Positions 30,223 to 41,107 of a stretch of 64,000 nt of DNA are shown piece after piece (the stretch's first letter is position 1; each line of letters begins with the position of its first letter). Source of the DNA: an uncultured Methanosarcinales archaeon. Its GTDB lineage: Archaea; Nanobdellota; Nanobdellia; Woesearchaeales; UBA12501. Location of the stretch: the NCBI GenBank assembly GCA_964459835.1, contig CAYWPA010000001.1, positions 1,601 through 65,600 of the forward strand, given 5' to 3'. Below the pieces are notes generated by a model. It did no database searches. It saw only the letters and a list, made by a program, of their open reading frames with translations, and was not told where the DNA came from. The position numbers and the translations under genes were made by a program.

Positions 30223-32652
30223 CTACAGTTCTTTTACAGCCTTTTCTATTTCCTCTGTTGCCCGGATATATGAACCATGCTTTACAATAATTGGCTTCCC
30301 TATATTTACTTTTGTCCTTGCAAATTTAGGGAATCTCTTCCATCTCGGAAGAACTTTTATTACATTCTCCACCTTTATCGGAACAACAGGAATGCCCATC
30401 TCTACAGCCAGTATTCCTATGCCCTGCTTAAAGCTTTGAATCTCCCCTGTCATTGTTCTTGCTCCCTCAGGATAAATCAAAATATTCCATTCTTTTCCTA
30501 CTAGCCTTCCTGTATATTTTAGGCTTCTCCTGAAGCCTTTTTGCTGTGGAAACGGGTAAATATTATAGAATATGGTTGCAAGGTGGTATAAAAGCCATTT
30601 CCCAAAGCCTTTGTATTTCAGGTTGTGCCTGAAGAAAAACTCCTGCCATGCTGCAACTGCTGTTTTAAGGGAAAACCTCAGCGGAAGCTTCATCAGTATT
30701 ATTGGCGTGTCAAAATGGCTTTGGTGATTTGCTGCAAAGATAACGGGGCTTTTCAATCCTTTTAAGTTCTCCCTTCCATAAATCCTTGGCCAGCTGAAAA
30801 ATCTTGCAATTTGGTTTGTTAAAGGCTGAAGTACAAAACGGAAAAATCTTGCTGCTAGGGAAAGCGCCCAATGCTTGAATATTGGCTTTTCCTCGATTAT
30901 TATTTTTTGTTTTATTATTTGTTCAAGCTCTTTTATTTTTGTGCTAGGTATCATTCTTTCTTCGTCTATCTCAATATTGAACTCCTGTTCCAGCAAAGAA
31001 ATCAATTCAACAATGTCAATTGAAGACAAGCCAAGATCTTGTAAAGTAGCAGCATCTGTTATTTTTTTATTGGTTAATTGTGAAATTATGCTATAAATCT
31101 TGTTCTTTTTCTTTACAATAACAGCTTCTTTTTTTGTTTTCAATGCTTCCTTAACAGCAAACTTTTTTATTTTTAGAGTTGTTGTTCTTGGAAAATCCTC
31201 ATATGGCCAGACAGAGTAATCCTTTATTTTCTGTGAAGAGTCAAGCTTTTCGTTTGCTTTGTCTACAATGTTTTTTGCCTTTGCTCCTTCTTTCAGCAGC
31301 AAAACAGCATATACCTCTTCTCCTTTCTTTCCATCCATTCCGATAACACAGCTATCTGCTACACCTTCTATTTTGTTCAGGATATTTTCAATATCTTCTG
31401 CATACACATTGATGCCTGCTGCTGTTACTATAACATCTTTTTTCCTTCCTTTCAGATAAAGAAATCCTTCATTATCAAATCTTCCTAAATCGCCTGTTTT
31501 AAGCCATCCATCCTCAAAAAGCTCTTTTGTCTTTGTCGGGTTCTTGTAGTAGCCTTGGGTTATATTATCGCCTTTTGCAACCACCTCTCCGTTCTTTATG
31601 CTAACTTCTACACCGGTAATGGCCCTTCCAACTGAGCCAATCTTGTGCTTTTTTGTCGTGTTTGCAGTTAAGATTGGAGAAGTTTCTGTTAAACCATATC
31701 CCTGAATAACAAGTATCCCTATGCTGTTGTAGAATCTTTCAAGCTCTTCATTCAGTGTTGCTCCGCCTGAAATAAAATAATTAATATTGTTTCCAAGCTT
31801 TTTATGGATTTTTCTGAACAATAATTTTCTTAGTGAAAACGGAATATATTTAGCAGCTTTCAATGCTATGAAAAACTGATTTTCTTTGTTTTTCTTTTTT
31901 ACTTCCTGCAGAATGCCTGAATATATTAATTCCAAAATTCTTGGAACAAATGCTGCATTTGTTATTTTTTCATCTTCAAAGGCCTCAAAGAGAGAACTTG
32001 GCTTTAGTGTCTTTACATAGACAATGCTTGCTTTTTGCGAAAGTGGAACAAAAAATCCTGTCATCTGCTCAAAGACATGGCTCAATGGAAGAACAGAAAG
32101 AAACTTGAATTTTGATTTTACTTTTTCAACTGAATTTATAGCATTTAAGTTTGAAATAAAATTCTTGTGTGTTAAAATAACTCCTTTTGGATTTCCTGTT
32201 GTTCCGGAAGTATATATTATCTCAGCAATGTCGTTTTCATTAACATCAGTAGAGTATGTCCCTTCTTCTAATGAATCAAGCAATTCCTCAACAAAAACTG
32301 TTTTTTGCTTTAATTTTGGCTTGTGCCTTGTCTGAAACACCAATTTTGCCTGAACAATATTCTGTATTTTCCTTGCAAACACAATATCTGACCTTAAATC
32401 CACTGGCACGACTATTACTCCTGCTAAAAACGCCCCCAAAAGCATGATAGCATATTCTATGCCGTTATAGCTCCAGACTATGATCATGTCTCCTTTATTT
32501 ACTTTGTTTTTCTTAAGAAAATAGGCGAATTTAGAAGAAAGCTTGTATAGCTCTTTGTAAGTATAGGCAAATTTTCTATACTCTTTTCTATCAATAACAG
32601 CAACTTTGTTTGATTCCTTAAATCCTTCAATTAAATCAGCTAAGGTTTTCAC
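30223..32652 (-). CDS. fatty-acyl-AMP ligase / carrier-protein / 1-acyl-sn-glycerol-3-phosphate acyltransferase (PlsC) tripartite fusion
   Basis: AMP-binding motifs IIYTSGTTGNPKGV, GYGLTET, GDLGRFDNEGFLYLKGRKKD; PP-binding LQDLGLSSIDIVEL; PlsC motifs NHQSHFD (HX4D) and YPEGAR. Confidence 0.8.
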   Translation of the reverse strand: MKTLADLIEGFKESNKVAVIDRKEYRKFAYTYKELYKLSSKFAYFLKKNKVNKGDMIIVWSYNGIEYAIMLLGAFLAGVIVVPVDLRSDIVFARKIQNIVQAKLVFQTRHKPKLKQKTVFVEELLDSLEEGTYSTDVNENDIAEIIYTSGTTGNPKGVILTHKNFISNLNAINSVEKVKSKFKFLSVLPLSHVFEQMTGFFVPLSQKASIVYVKTLKPSSLFEAFEDEKITNAAFVPRILELIYSGILQEVKKKNKENQFFIALKAAKYIPFSLRKLLFRKIHKKLGNNINYFISGGATLNEELERFYNSIGILVIQGYGLTETSPILTANTTKKHKIGSVGRAITGVEVSIKNGEVVAKGDNITQGYYKNPTKTKELFEDGWLKTGDLGRFDNEGFLYLKGRKKDVIVTAAGINVYAEDIENILNKIEGVADSCVIGMDGKKGEEVYAVLLLKEGAKAKNIVDKANEKLDSSQKIKDYSVWPYEDFPRTTTLKIKKFAVKEALKTKKEAVIVKKKNKIYSIISQLTNKKITDAATLQDLGLSSIDIVELISLLEQEFNIEIDEERMIPSTKIKELEQIIKQKIIIEEKPIFKHWALSLAARFFRFVLQPLTNQIARFFSWPRIYGRENLKGLKSPVIFAANHQSHFDTPIILMKLPLRFSLKTAVAAWQEFFFRHNLKYKGFGKWLLYHLATIFYNIYPFPQQKGFRRSLKYTGRLVGKEWNILIYPEGARTMTGEIQSFKQGIGILAVEMGIPVVPIKVENVIKVLPRWKRFPKFARTKVNIGKPIIVKHGSYIRATEEIEKAVKEL

Positions 32653-32987
32653 TTTAACAGCAGCACGACTTGAGCAATTGCATAGTCCTTATCATGGCTT
32701 ATGCTTACATCAACGTCTTCTATGATTTCTTTTAGCTCGTTTGCCAGCAACAAAGCTGGCTTTCCTGTTTTTTGTTTTTTAAGCTCAACTTTCATCCATT
32801 CCGGCTTTTTTCCTAGAGCTTTAAAAAAAGCTTCCTTTGCAGCAAATATTCCAGCAATACTTTCAGCTTTGTAATACTTCATTTCTGATTTATGCAGCAC
32901 TTTTTTCATAAATTCTTTGTTCAGCATAAGTTTTCCTACTTTTGGGATATATACAATATCCACACCTGTTCTTATTTTTGATTTCAT
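32649..32987 (-). CDS. acpS: holo-[acyl-carrier-protein] synthase (4'-phosphopantetheinyl transferase)
   Basis: GVDIVYIP ... SISHDKDYAIAQV AcpS motifs; 4-nt overlap with the fusion gene. Confidence 0.75.
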   Translation of the reverse strand: MKSKIRTGVDIVYIPKVGKLMLNKEFMKKVLHKSEMKYYKAESIAGIFAAKEAFFKALGKKPEWMKVELKKQKTGKPALLLANELKEIIEDVDVSISHDKDYAIAQVVLLLK

Positions 32988-33418
32988 TTTACATAAAACT
33001 CCAGAGGCCTGCCGTAAAGGTCGTACATAGCTATGTTGCCTTTTTCAAACGGCCTGCACACTATCATATGCACCAAGCCATGCTTATTAAATGTGCTTTT
33101 GTCAGCAACAGAAGGAAGGTTGCTGTAGCTTGGATGGCTGTGCACAGTTCCAATATCATTAGATATTAAAGGGAGGTTTAGCTTGAAGGATGCAGACTCC
33201 TCTGTAGTCTCGTAAATCTGATATGTTAAGCTTACTATTAGCAATTCCCTTTCATCTATCTTCCCGTTCAGAATGGCAAAAAATTCCTTAGGGTATGCCT
33301 GCCTTGCAAGGTGGCAGATTTCATCCATTGCTGAACTCTTAACCACAATTTTATCAAACTCAAACTTGTCCAGGCCAAATAATTTAGCCATCTTGCTCTT
33401 TATTATTTTAAGAACCAT
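32984..33418 (-). CDS. JAB/MPN (JAMM) metalloprotease domain protein
   Basis: HSHPSYSNLPSVAD JAMM motif (HxHx7Sx2D). Confidence 0.7.
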   Translation of the reverse strand: MVLKIIKSKMAKLFGLDKFEFDKIVVKSSAMDEICHLARQAYPKEFFAILNGKIDERELLIVSLTYQIYETTEESASFKLNLPLISNDIGTVHSHPSYSNLPSVADKSTFNKHGLVHMIVCRPFEKGNIAMYDLYGRPLEFYVK

Positions 33419-33431
33419 TTTACTTCTTTGC

Positions 33432-34052
33432 TTATTTCTTTGCTTCTACAAGCATCACAGACCAAAACCAGTTTGCTTTCCACCAGCTTATCCTTACATC
33501 CTTAAACTCATGAACCCTGAACAGCTTCCTCATTTCATTTGTTGAGTATGCCTTTTGATGTCCTTTCTTAAATCTCCATAGTTTTTCAAAAAACCAAACC
33601 CATCTTCCGTCTGTGCAGAAATCCGTCAATAGCAAAGTTCCGCCTTTTTTTAGAACCCTATGCATCTCTTCAAGAAATAAATTAACACTTGCCATGTGAT
33701 GTATAACATTTGTAGATACTATTTTTGAAAACTCATTGTCTTTAAATTCAATATTATGGGCATGCCCGTAAAGTATTTCAACATTCTTAAAGCCTTCCAG
33801 CTTTTTCTTTGCAATCCTTATCATCTTTTCAGAAACATCTATCCCTACAAGCCTCTTGTACTTGTTTTTCTCTGCAATCAGCCTAAGCAATTCCCCTGTT
33901 CCGCAGCCGACATCAAGAACAGCATCGTTTCGTGTCAGCTTCATGGATTCAAGTATTTTGTCATAAGAAGACCTGAGAAAAATCTGAAACTTTGTGTCGT
34001 ACTTCTCAGCACGCTTGTCGTACTCGCTCTGCACAGCCCTTGTAATATCCAT
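33432..34052 (-). CDS. class I SAM-dependent methyltransferase
   Basis: VLDVGCGTGELL motif I. Confidence 0.7.
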   Translation of the reverse strand: MDITRAVQSEYDKRAEKYDTKFQIFLRSSYDKILESMKLTRNDAVLDVGCGTGELLRLIAEKNKYKRLVGIDVSEKMIRIAKKKLEGFKNVEILYGHAHNIEFKDNEFSKIVSTNVIHHMASVNLFLEEMHRVLKKGGTLLLTDFCTDGRWVWFFEKLWRFKKGHQKAYSTNEMRKLFRVHEFKDVRISWWKANWFWSVMLVEAKK

Positions 34053-34081
34053 TTTACCTCTTTTTTAGCCCTACAGCCTGT

Positions 34082-34906
34082 TTAAAGCCTGTGTACAACT
34101 GATAGTATAAAAATCCTTCCCCACGTAAAAGCTGGAAGAACTGTTATTGCGCCTATAAGAATTATTGAGGTTGGATCTGATAAAGCTGCCAATAAGTAAT
34201 TAATCAAGAAAAATACTATTATGACAACAGCAAAAGCAGGTATTGTGAATTTGGCTTTTTTTATGCCAATAATAAATGCTTTTTTTATTGTTTCCCATGT
34301 TTTTTGCTTTTCAATTAGTGAGTAGGAGATATTTGCAAAATAAACAATAAGCAGCAGAAATATTGAAAGTACTATGCTTCTTTTGTCAACAATCTGGTCA
34401 GCCCTTACCTGCGCAAGTGTTGTTACAAAATCAAAAACAAAGCTTGCAATAAAGTAAATGACAAACAAGATAAGCCAGAATAGGTTAACTTTTGCAAAAT
34501 TGATTACAAAGTCTGTAAAGTCATGCTTTTTTCCAGCCATCCTGTAGCAGAAACACCAGCTGATTCCCATGAAAAAGCAGTAAATAATGTAAACTGCTGC
34601 AAGCGCAATAAGCAAAAGCAATATGAATGATTTTGTATAGCTTGCTGCTCCTGCGCTTTCTATCACTCCCCACAGTGAAGGCGTTTTAGCAAGTGCATCG
34701 ATATTTCCTGACGCCTGCGTCACAAGGGATGCTGACTTGTAGAAATACTCAATAATCTTTGTAAAAATAGGGCTTGTTATAAAGCCATAGGCAAAAATAA
34801 ACAGCAAGTCAGTAAGCATAGGAAGGAATATGTAAAGGCCGTTTTCTTTTATGATCTTAAAAGAACGGAAAAATTCCTCTTTTACCAACGATATTACATC
34901 CTTCAT
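34082..34906 (-). CDS. polytopic membrane protein, unknown function
   Basis: 274 aa, multiple TM. Confidence 0.4.
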   Translation of the reverse strand: MKDVISLVKEEFFRSFKIIKENGLYIFLPMLTDLLFIFAYGFITSPIFTKIIEYFYKSASLVTQASGNIDALAKTPSLWGVIESAGAASYTKSFILLLLIALAAVYIIYCFFMGISWCFCYRMAGKKHDFTDFVINFAKVNLFWLILFVIYFIASFVFDFVTTLAQVRADQIVDKRSIVLSIFLLLIVYFANISYSLIEKQKTWETIKKAFIIGIKKAKFTIPAFAVVIIVFFLINYLLAALSDPTSIILIGAITVLPAFTWGRIFILSVVHRL

Positions 34907-34962
34907 TATTACCCTCTTTGTATGGAAAGATTTATATGTTTTTGCTGCTTATACAGGCTACT

Positions 34963-35268
34963 ATGAAAGTATTGTTTATATGCAACCAGAACCGGAACAG
35001 GAGCAAAACAGCTGAAAAGCTCTTTAAAGGCAGATTTGAGACTAAATCCGCAGGGCTTTACAATGAGAAGCCTGTCACTGAAAAGCAGCTTGAATGGGCT
35101 GATATTGTTGTTGTTATGGAGGATTCCCAAAGAAAAGAGATAGCTGAAAGGTTTCCTAAACAATACATGAAAAAGCGCATTGTTTCCCTTGATGTTCCTG
35201 ATGTTTTCCAATTCAACCAACCCAAACTAGTTAATACGCTAAAAGCTAAAGTCGAGGCATTACTTTAG
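34963..35268 (+). CDS. low-molecular-weight protein tyrosine phosphatase / ArsC-like
   Basis: KVLFICNQNRNRS CX5R P-loop; start set at the internal Met of ORF 34918..35268. Confidence 0.6.
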   Translation: MKVLFICNQNRNRSKTAEKLFKGRFETKSAGLYNEKPVTEKQLEWADIVVVMEDSQRKEIAERFPKQYMKKRIVSLDVPDVFQFNQPKLVNTLKAKVEALL

Positions 35269-35439
35269 CCACTTTTCTAGCTGTTCTTTTGCTTTCTTTT
35301 TAGTCTTGAAAAACTTTGTTTCTGAAACTGACAAATAAGGGATCCTTCTTGTTACCTTAAATCTTTTTTCTGCTTGGCTTTTAAGCTCAATTAAAGAAAC
35401 TTCCCATTTCTTTGCTGGATGCTTTTTTGCCTTTTTCAT
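35260..35439 (-). CDS. small basic protein (59 aa)
   Basis: Not in the ORF track; MKKAKKHPAKKWEVSLIELKSQAEKRFKVTRR...; its ATG overlaps the TGA of the upstream DsbA-like gene (ATGA coupling). Confidence 0.4.
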   Translation of the reverse strand: MKKAKKHPAKKWEVSLIELKSQAEKRFKVTRRIPYLSVSETKFFKTKKKAKEQLEKWLK

Positions 35440-36110
35440 TTTAACTCGTTATCTATAACCTCTTTTAATTTTGCAAAGCTCTGCGCTCCGACAAGCATCT
35501 GCCCGTTGATAAACAAAGTAGGCGTTCCCTGCACTCCTCTTGAAGAGCCTTCTGCAAAGTCTGCCTGCACTATTGAAAATTTCTGGTTTGTGTCCATACA
35601 TTCGTTAAATTGGTCCATGTTTAGATTTAGCTTTGCTGCATATGCTTCCAATGCATCCCTTGAAACCCTGTCTTGATTCTGGAATATTAAATCATGGTAT
35701 TCCCAGAACTTTCCCTGATCCTTAGCGCATTCACTTGCCTCTGCTGCCTTGTATGCGTTCGGGTGTATCTGTGAAATAGGAAAGTGCCTGTATACAATTG
35801 CAACTTTGTCTCCATAAACAGACTTCACTTGCTTTAAAATCGGGAGCTGCTGTTTGCAGAAAGGGCATTCAAAGTCAGAGAATTCCTCTATAACAACATC
35901 TGCATCTGAGTTTTCTGCTAAATTTGCTGTTAAAGCCTCTCCTGTTATTCCTGAAGTTGCATAGTTTCTTAACTCTTCTGAAGACCCTAAGCTTTGTGTA
36001 AAAGCCAGGTCAATATCAGGAGAAGGAAAAAAATAATTTATATTCATAGCAAAAAGAACCAATCCTAAAACAAGCAATATTCCTAAGCCAAAAATTACTT
36101 TGTTTTTCAT
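35436..36110 (-). CDS. membrane-anchored DsbA-like thiol:disulfide oxidoreductase
   Basis: IEEFSDFECPFCKQQLP. Confidence 0.8.
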   Translation of the reverse strand: MKNKVIFGLGILLVLGLVLFAMNINYFFPSPDIDLAFTQSLGSSEELRNYATSGITGEALTANLAENSDADVVIEEFSDFECPFCKQQLPILKQVKSVYGDKVAIVYRHFPISQIHPNAYKAAEASECAKDQGKFWEYHDLIFQNQDRVSRDALEAYAAKLNLNMDQFNECMDTNQKFSIVQADFAEGSSRGVQGTPTLFINGQMLVGAQSFAKLKEVIDNELK

Positions 36111-36111
36111 T

Positions 36112-36498
36112 TTATGGAAGAGGGCATCCTGTCAGCGCTGATAAGCTTTCCAGAGGCATTACTCCTGCTTCTAATAGCTGCCCTTTTATGCTCCATGTTG
36201 GATAAGCCTTGATCCCAACCTCTTTGCATTCAGGATTTACATCGCAGTCCTTGAAGTCAATGTACCTGAAAGAATCCCCAAACATTTTTTTCTGGTTCTG
36301 GCAGTGTGGGCACCAGTTAGTGCCGTACATCGCTACATCATTCTCTGTCAGGCAGACTGCAAAGCTGTCATATTTTGCTGAGTCTGCTTTCTTTAAATAG
36401 AAAAATAAAGCAATAACAACGATAGCCAAAACAATTCCTGCCCTGAAGTAAAGCTTTTTCTGTTTACTGTCCATTTTATTTTGAAAGTTCTGCGTCAA
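36112..36498 (-). CDS. membrane-anchored thioredoxin-like protein
   Basis: N-terminal TM; MYGTNWCPHCQNQKK CxxC. Confidence 0.7.
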   Translation of the reverse strand: MTQNFQNKMDSKQKKLYFRAGIVLAIVVIALFFYLKKADSAKYDSFAVCLTENDVAMYGTNWCPHCQNQKKMFGDSFRYIDFKDCDVNPECKEVGIKAYPTWSIKGQLLEAGVMPLESLSALTGCPLP

Positions 36499-37480
36499 TT
36501 ATCTCCTTGAAAACCTCAAAAGGCTGAGCTCCTGAAACAGGAATTCCATTGATAAAGAAAGCCGGTGTTCCTGAAACGCCTACGCTTATTCCGTCCTGCA
36601 TGTCCTTCTCAACTTCTGACTGGTATTTTCCTGAATCCAGGCATTTGTTGAATTTAGCTGTATCCAACCCAAGGTCAGCTGCCCATTGCTTCAAGTCTGC
36701 TGCAGTGAATTGAACAGTGCCCTGGCCTTGCTTCTCCTGCTCTTCAAATACCTTATCATGATATTCCCAGTACTTGTTTTGTTCTTCTGCACACTCAGCT
36801 GCTTCTGCTGCCTTCTGTGCAGTTGGATGTATTTGTGCTAGAGGAAAGTCTCTATAAACAAACTTAACCTTTCCTGTGTCAATATAATTTTTTTCTAGTT
36901 TAGGTAACGTTTGTCTCCAGAATGCTCTGCAGAATGGGCACTGGAAATCTGAAAACTCGATTATTTCAACTGGTGCATCTTTGCTTCCTTTTACTGCATC
37001 GTCATCTGCTTTTGGAGGATTTAGGTATTTGCCAGCGCCTATTGCCGCTGGGTTTACAATAAATTTGTTGCCTTTAACAATAAATGCTGCCTGAAGCTGA
37101 GGATTTGCCTGAAAGTTTGCGGTTTTTGTTATTTTGTCATCAAATACATATGCTGGCAGTGCTATTATATCCAAATCTTCTGCCATCTTTTTTCCTTCGG
37201 GTGTAGTATAGTCAATTTCCTTTATTTCTAAACTAGGGAATAATTGTCCCTGTAGAACAGATAGTGCCTGTGATACATCACAGCTGCTGCAGCCAGGGTC
37301 ATTTATTATTGTTAAAGTTACCTTTGGGTCACTTGAAGTGTCAATTGCTCCTGGAACTGTTGGAACGGCTGGAGCCTTCTCTTTTACAAACACCAAATAT
37401 AGAACGATGATTGCCAGTACGACAACAGCAACCTTCCATGCTGTGTCTTTTTTAATCCTTATCTCTGAACCCTTTGCCAT
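36476..37480 (-). CDS. DsbA-like thiol:disulfide oxidoreductase with extra N-terminal domain
   Basis: IIEFSDFQCPFCRAFW; 334 aa; N-terminal TM plus about 130-aa additional domain with a CSSC pair. Confidence 0.75.
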   Translation of the reverse strand: MAKGSEIRIKKDTAWKVAVVVLAIIVLYLVFVKEKAPAVPTVPGAIDTSSDPKVTLTIINDPGCSSCDVSQALSVLQGQLFPSLEIKEIDYTTPEGKKMAEDLDIIALPAYVFDDKITKTANFQANPQLQAAFIVKGNKFIVNPAAIGAGKYLNPPKADDDAVKGSKDAPVEIIEFSDFQCPFCRAFWRQTLPKLEKNYIDTGKVKFVYRDFPLAQIHPTAQKAAEAAECAEEQNKYWEYHDKVFEEQEKQGQGTVQFTAADLKQWAADLGLDTAKFNKCLDSGKYQSEVEKDMQDGISVGVSGTPAFFINGIPVSGAQPFEVFKEIIDAELSK

Positions 37481-37534
37481 ATATGCACCCCTATAACCAT
37501 TGGATTTTTAGCTGGTTTTTAAAGTTATTGTTTG

Positions 37535-38599
37535 TTACATCCATTTTCTCTTCTTGAATAAAACCAGCATAATTACTGTAACAGTAATAATTACTGTCCA
37601 TAATATAGGGTAGCTCCATTTCCAGCCGAGTTCTGGCATAAAATCAAAATTCATGCCGTAAATGCTTGTTAAAAATGTCAATGGGATGAATATTGTTGCG
37701 ATAATAGTCAAAACTTTCATAACTTCATTCATTTTGTTGCTTACGCTAGAAAGATAAATCTCCAGCATTCCAGAAACAATGTCCCTGTATGTTTCTATTA
37801 TATCTTTAACTTGTATTGTGTGGTCGTAAACATCCCTGAAATAAATCCTTGTCCGATTTTCAATTATTGTAGATTCCGCCCTGTAGAGGCTGTTGACAAC
37901 TTCTCTTAGAGGCCATACAGACTTCCTTAGAAGAATAAGCTGCTGCTTCAGATTATGCACTACTTTAAGGGTTTCTGGCTGCGGATTTGCAGTGATGTCA
38001 TCTTCTGCATCTTCTATCTTCCATCCTATTTTTTCCAGCGTTACGAAATAGCTGTCAACAATTGCATCAATCAGTGAATAGAAAAGGTAGTCGTTTCCAA
38101 GCTTCCTTATTTTGCTTTTCACATTTGCTATCCTATGCCTAATTGGGTCAAAAATATCCAATTCTTTTTCCTGGAAAGAAATAACATAGCTTTGGCCAAC
38201 AACAAAGCTGATCTGCTCTGACTCTATATCGTTTGTTTTTTCATTGTAAAAAAGCATCCTTAACACTATAAATACATAATTATCAAATTCCTCTATCTTT
38301 GGCCTTTGGTTTGTATTGGTTATGTCTTCAAGAGTTAATGGGTGGAGGTTGAAGGCTTTTCCTATTTTTTCTATAACACCAGTCTGGTAAACCCCTGTTA
38401 TGTTTATCCATGTTACAGAAGGCTTTTGCATCAGAGGAAAGCAGTCTTCTATTTTTTCAGCCTCTTTTGCAACAAGCTTTGTCTCTGTATAATCTATAAC
38501 CTCTATCTTTACTTTTTCAGTCCTCTTTTTTCCTACATAAACAACTGTTCCAGGGGGTAATCCAGCCTTCCTTGAAACTTTTTTTATCAGCTTTGGCAT
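37535..38599 (-). CDS. corA: CorA family magnesium/cobalt transporter
   Basis: YGMNFDFMPELGW (GMN motif) and two C-terminal TM. Confidence 0.85.
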   Translation of the reverse strand: MPKLIKKVSRKAGLPPGTVVYVGKKRTEKVKIEVIDYTETKLVAKEAEKIEDCFPLMQKPSVTWINITGVYQTGVIEKIGKAFNLHPLTLEDITNTNQRPKIEEFDNYVFIVLRMLFYNEKTNDIESEQISFVVGQSYVISFQEKELDIFDPIRHRIANVKSKIRKLGNDYLFYSLIDAIVDSYFVTLEKIGWKIEDAEDDITANPQPETLKVVHNLKQQLILLRKSVWPLREVVNSLYRAESTIIENRTRIYFRDVYDHTIQVKDIIETYRDIVSGMLEIYLSSVSNKMNEVMKVLTIIATIFIPLTFLTSIYGMNFDFMPELGWKWSYPILWTVIITVTVIMLVLFKKRKWM

Positions 38600-38659
38600 A
38601 AGCTTTTATTATAGAAATCCTTATTTATATCTTTCTGTTTATCAAGAAGGATCAAAAAC

Positions 38660-40849
38660 TTAGAATTTCTTTGCCTTCAGAAGAAGGGAGTTTCCTACAA
38701 CACTTACGCTGCTAAATACCATGGCTGCAGCTGCAATCATAGGGCTTAAAAGCAGCCCTGTAAATGGGTAAAGAACCCCTGCTGCGATAGGAATGCCTGC
38801 TGTATTGTAGAAAAATGACCAGAAAAGATTCTGCCTTATTGTGCTGAAGGTCTTTTTTGAAAGCTTAAGCGACTCAACAACTTTTAACGGATGGCCCCTT
38901 ACAAGCACTATGTTGCCTGCTTCAATGGCTATATCGGTTCCTGTGCCTATTGCAATGCCTAGGTCAGCCTGTACTAATGCAGGCGCATCATTAATGCCAT
39001 CTCCCACAAAAGCAACTTTTAATTTATCCCTCTGAAGCATTTTTACCTTGTCCGCCTTGTCCTGAGGAAGCACCTCTGCAAACACTTTTTCTATGCCAGC
39101 TTGCTTGGCAATTGCATCTGCTGTTCTTTTGTTATCCCCTGTAATCATGATAGTTTCAATCCCCATTGCCCTTAGCTTATTGACTGCTTCGAGCGAATCT
39201 TCTTTTAAAGTATCTGCAATGGCGATAATCCCCAATGCTTCTTTTTCATCTGCGACTACAATAACAGTCTTTGCCTGCTGCTCAAGCTCTTCAATCTTGC
39301 CCTGACATGTTTTTGTGGAAATATTATGCCCTTTCATTAAAACATTGTTACCGACAAATATTTTTTTGTTTCCAATAACTCCTGTAACGCCTTTTCCGGC
39401 AAAATTTTCAAATCTATGAACAATTTTTAATGCAATCTTTTTATCCTTTGCAGCGTTTACAACTGCCTGCGCCAATGGATGCTCTGATAATGCTTCTATG
39501 CTGGCTCCCAATGCCAACACACTATCTTCTGAAATATTTTTGCATGCAGCAATATTGGTTACTCTTGGCTTTCCCTCTGTTAATGTCCCTGTTTTATCAA
39601 ATATAACAACATCGATCTTTTTTCCCCTTTCCAGCGCCTCGCCGTTTTTAATCAAGATTCCTCTTTTTGCTCCAATGCCTGTTCCAACCATTATTGCTGT
39701 TGGTGTTGCAAGCCCAAGAGAGCAAGGGCAGGCAATGACAAGCACTGCAACTGCAGGAATCAAGCTTGCTGCAATATTTCCTGTAAAGAAATACCATACT
39801 GCAAATGTAATTATAGAGATAATAATAACAATAGGCACAAATATCCCTGAAACATTGTCTGCAAGCTTTTGTATCGGAGCTGTCTTTGTCTGCGCCTCTG
39901 TGACCATTTTTACGATCTGCGCAAGCACAGTGTCTTCTCCGACCTTTGTTGCCTTTATGTACAAAGCTCCATTGATATTTATAGTGGCTCCAAAAACATC
40001 ATCATCTTTCTGCTTTCCAACTGGCAGGCTTTCTCCTGTAAGCATGGATTCATCAACACTTGACATTCCCTTTGCAACCTTTCCATCAACTGGAATTTTT
40101 TCGCCGGGCTTTACAAGAAGTATGTCGCCAGCCTTAACCTGCTCAATGGGAATTTCCATTTCTTTGTTATTTTTTATTACCCTTGCTGTTTTGGCTCCAA
40201 GCTGAAGCAGCTTTTCAATGGCCTCGCTTGCCTGCCCCCTGCATTTTGCTTCAAAATACCTTCCAAGCAGAATAAATGCAGCAATAACAGCGCCTGTTTC
40301 AAAATAAAGGTCTGGCTTTCCTGCTGCCATGGCCCATGCACTGTAGAATAATGCAGCAAGAACACCTATTGATACTAAAGTGTCCATATTTGCAGACTTC
40401 ATTCTTGCCTGATGGATCATGCCTAAGTGGAACTCCCTTCCAAGAACAAGAATTACAAATGCGCTTAATAGTGCCTGGATCCAGAGGCTTGCATTAATGC
40501 CTAGGATATCCAGCGGCAGCTTGATACTGAACATAGCGATTATTAGCGGAGGGGCTGCCAGCAGCAATGCCAAAACAGCTCTCCTTTTTGTTGTAGCAAG
40601 CTCTTTTTGAGCTTCCTGCTTATGATTATGGGTGAATTGTTCAGTAAGCACCTTATACCCATTCTTTATGATTGCATCATGAAGGTCTTTCTCAGAAACA
40701 AGGCTTTCATCATACTCCACAGTTGCGCTGTGTGTTGCAAAATTAACCATGGCTTCAGAGACACCTTTTATTTTTTTCAGGCTTCTTTCATTTCGCACTG
40801 CACAAGAAGCGCAGTGCATTCCTGCAATATTAAAAGTTGTTTTTTTCAT
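38660..40849 (-). CDS. copA: copper-translocating P1B-type ATPase
   Basis: N-terminal [15 protein letters not shown]; CPC in TM6; DKTGTLT; GDGINDAP. Confidence 0.9.
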   Translation of the reverse strand: MKKTTFNIAGMHCASCAVRNERSLKKIKGVSEAMVNFATHSATVEYDESLVSEKDLHDAIIKNGYKVLTEQFTHNHKQEAQKELATTKRRAVLALLLAAPPLIIAMFSIKLPLDILGINASLWIQALLSAFVILVLGREFHLGMIHQARMKSANMDTLVSIGVLAALFYSAWAMAAGKPDLYFETGAVIAAFILLGRYFEAKCRGQASEAIEKLLQLGAKTARVIKNNKEMEIPIEQVKAGDILLVKPGEKIPVDGKVAKGMSSVDESMLTGESLPVGKQKDDDVFGATININGALYIKATKVGEDTVLAQIVKMVTEAQTKTAPIQKLADNVSGIFVPIVIIISIITFAVWYFFTGNIAASLIPAVAVLVIACPCSLGLATPTAIMVGTGIGAKRGILIKNGEALERGKKIDVVIFDKTGTLTEGKPRVTNIAACKNISEDSVLALGASIEALSEHPLAQAVVNAAKDKKIALKIVHRFENFAGKGVTGVIGNKKIFVGNNVLMKGHNISTKTCQGKIEELEQQAKTVIVVADEKEALGIIAIADTLKEDSLEAVNKLRAMGIETIMITGDNKRTADAIAKQAGIEKVFAEVLPQDKADKVKMLQRDKLKVAFVGDGINDAPALVQADLGIAIGTGTDIAIEAGNIVLVRGHPLKVVESLKLSKKTFSTIRQNLFWSFFYNTAGIPIAAGVLYPFTGLLLSPMIAAAAMVFSSVSVVGNSLLLKAKKF

Positions 40850-40856
40850 GTTTTGT

Positions 40857-41066
40857 TTATTTTTTACTTACTACCTTATATTCGCCAGCTGATTCAATTT
40901 CTTTTTTTAATCTCCCTAAATCAGCATTGTCATGCTCTATGGTTACTTTACCTGTCTTGAAATCAACAACACAATTCCTGACACCGGCAACATCCCTGCA
41001 TACATCTTCAATTACTGCTTTGCAGGATTCGCAGTGCATGCCTTTTATATACATTGTTGTTTTCAT
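40857..41066 (-). CDS. copZ: copper chaperone (HMA domain)
   Basis: [16 protein letters not shown]; 69 aa. Confidence 0.85.
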   Translation of the reverse strand: MKTTMYIKGMHCESCKAVIEDVCRDVAGVRNCVVDFKTGKVTIEHDNADLGRLKKEIESAGEYKVVSKK

Positions 41067-41107
41067 CTTCAGTGCTTTTTATATTTTTGCTATTCTTTTA
41101 TGTAGCG

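Noticed and set aside
34909-35220. ORF 34909..35220 (-), 103 aa
   Set aside because: Antisense to the LMW-PTP gene, which has a clear CX5R P-loop; no motif of its own.
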